This document shows positions 63,085 to 64,000 of a stretch of 64,000 bases of DNA, piece by piece. The DNA is from Nymphaea colorata (lineage: Eukaryota), in contig NC_045138.2 in assembly GCF_008831285.2 (NCBI RefSeq), forward strand, positions 24,614,001 to 24,678,000, given 5' to 3'. Position 1 is the stretch's first letter, and the number at the start of each line of letters is the position of its first letter. The position numbers and the translations under genes are program-made. Below the pieces are notes generated by a model. That model was not told the DNA's origin, made no database searches, and was given only the letters and a program-made list of their open reading frames with translations.

Positions 63085-64000
63085 TTGCTACCATGCCAAA
63101 ACTTTGCACATACGTTCACTATATGTTGGAATCAGGCGTTTATCTGACCTGGAACCAACCGTTTGCATTTCACAACTGAAAAGAAAAAATAGGTATATAC
63201 ATTAAATCACCAATATTATATTTAAATATGAAAACATGGGTTACCTGTTTTAAGGTTCATTGACGAAAATTTTATATCCTACATGATGGGAGAAGCCAAA
63301 TCATATACAGGGACGCGTCGCGTATAATCACTTGATCGGCTCCAAGTTTTCGACTTTGGCTGCTAATTATATTGATTGGCTATGTGGTCGAACTATATAT
63401 CCCACGTTTTATTAGTGCAAGTGAAGTCCTAATTGACTATTTTGTAGAAATGTTTTTTCATTTACAATTCCAAACTGTCCTTTTCTTTTGGGAGTCCCAT
63501 CAATGTATATCATGAGCATGTGGTGGAGCCACTTATAGGGTGGACAATGGAATGCACGGACTCTAACCCCGGGCCCATGAGGAAGGAGAAGCCAAGTCTC
63601 CACTGGTTTTCTGTTTTTTTTTCAACACACTTTAGGTTGCCTTTGATTGCAAATCTTACATTTAGAGCTGCTTTTAAAACTTTGGATTTAAGATCTAAGG
63701 ATTTAAAAGCCCATGTTTTATGCTCTCCCTTAGCCTTTTTTCTTTCCTCTCCTATCTAACTTCACGTGTGAGTCTGAAATCCCCCACTTCAAGTCAAAAC
63801 CCCCAACCCCTTCGTATTTGAGATATCTATGGATTTCAGCATTTTCACAAATCTGAAATCTGCAGTTTTTAAATTTACAGTTTGATAAACCTCTGATTTA
63901 TGCAGCAAATTGGACCTGGATCTGAGATCCAAGGTTGTCAAATGCAACAAGAGAATCGAATTAGGAACTGACCTTCTACTACCCACTAAATATTACTACC
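63085..64000 (+). repeat. Copy of about 58095-59170 (repeat unit including the MITE)
   Basis: Collinear similarity through the shared MITE and both of its flanks. Confidence 0.85.
63635..63948. mobile_element. Duplicated copy of the 58.8 kb Tourist-like MITE
   Basis: Same element with the same left flank; the right TIR end and about 35 bp of flank are deleted. Confidence 0.7.

Overview
AT-rich flowering-plant nuclear DNA with spliceosomal GT-AG introns, (AT)n/(GA)n microsatellites and LTR elements; nothing prokaryotic. The window is a rapidly turning-over tandem cluster of stress-type (ATAF/NAP-like) NAC transcription factor genes. Two copies have intact three-exon reading frames (12674-13958 and 53582-54939, both minus strand), and there are at least eight decayed or fragmentary NAC-derived segments. 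A roughly 15-16 kb segmental duplication (about 1-15.1 kb versus 40.2-56.3 kb) and several partial copies of the same non-coding unit provide paired filled and empty sites for transposon insertions. The centre holds inverted structures: (i) a roughly 1.1 kb NAC-exon1 plus ABCG-transporter-last-exon inverted duplication, whose right arm carries a solo LTR that in turn carries a very young full-length Ty1/copia element (688-bp LTRs that read as identical, but the first catalytic Asp of RT reads Asn); (ii) a roughly 600-nt fold-back made from NAC exon 2/intron 2, with perfect duplex stretches that match both intact NAC genes, a candidate hairpin-siRNA or proto-MIRNA locus; (iii) a 1.7-kb long-range inverted duplication. 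TRIMs, hAT-like and Tourist-like MITEs, and templated rearrangement junctions are also visible. All coordinates and alignments were read by eye and family assignments come from recalled motifs, not database searches.
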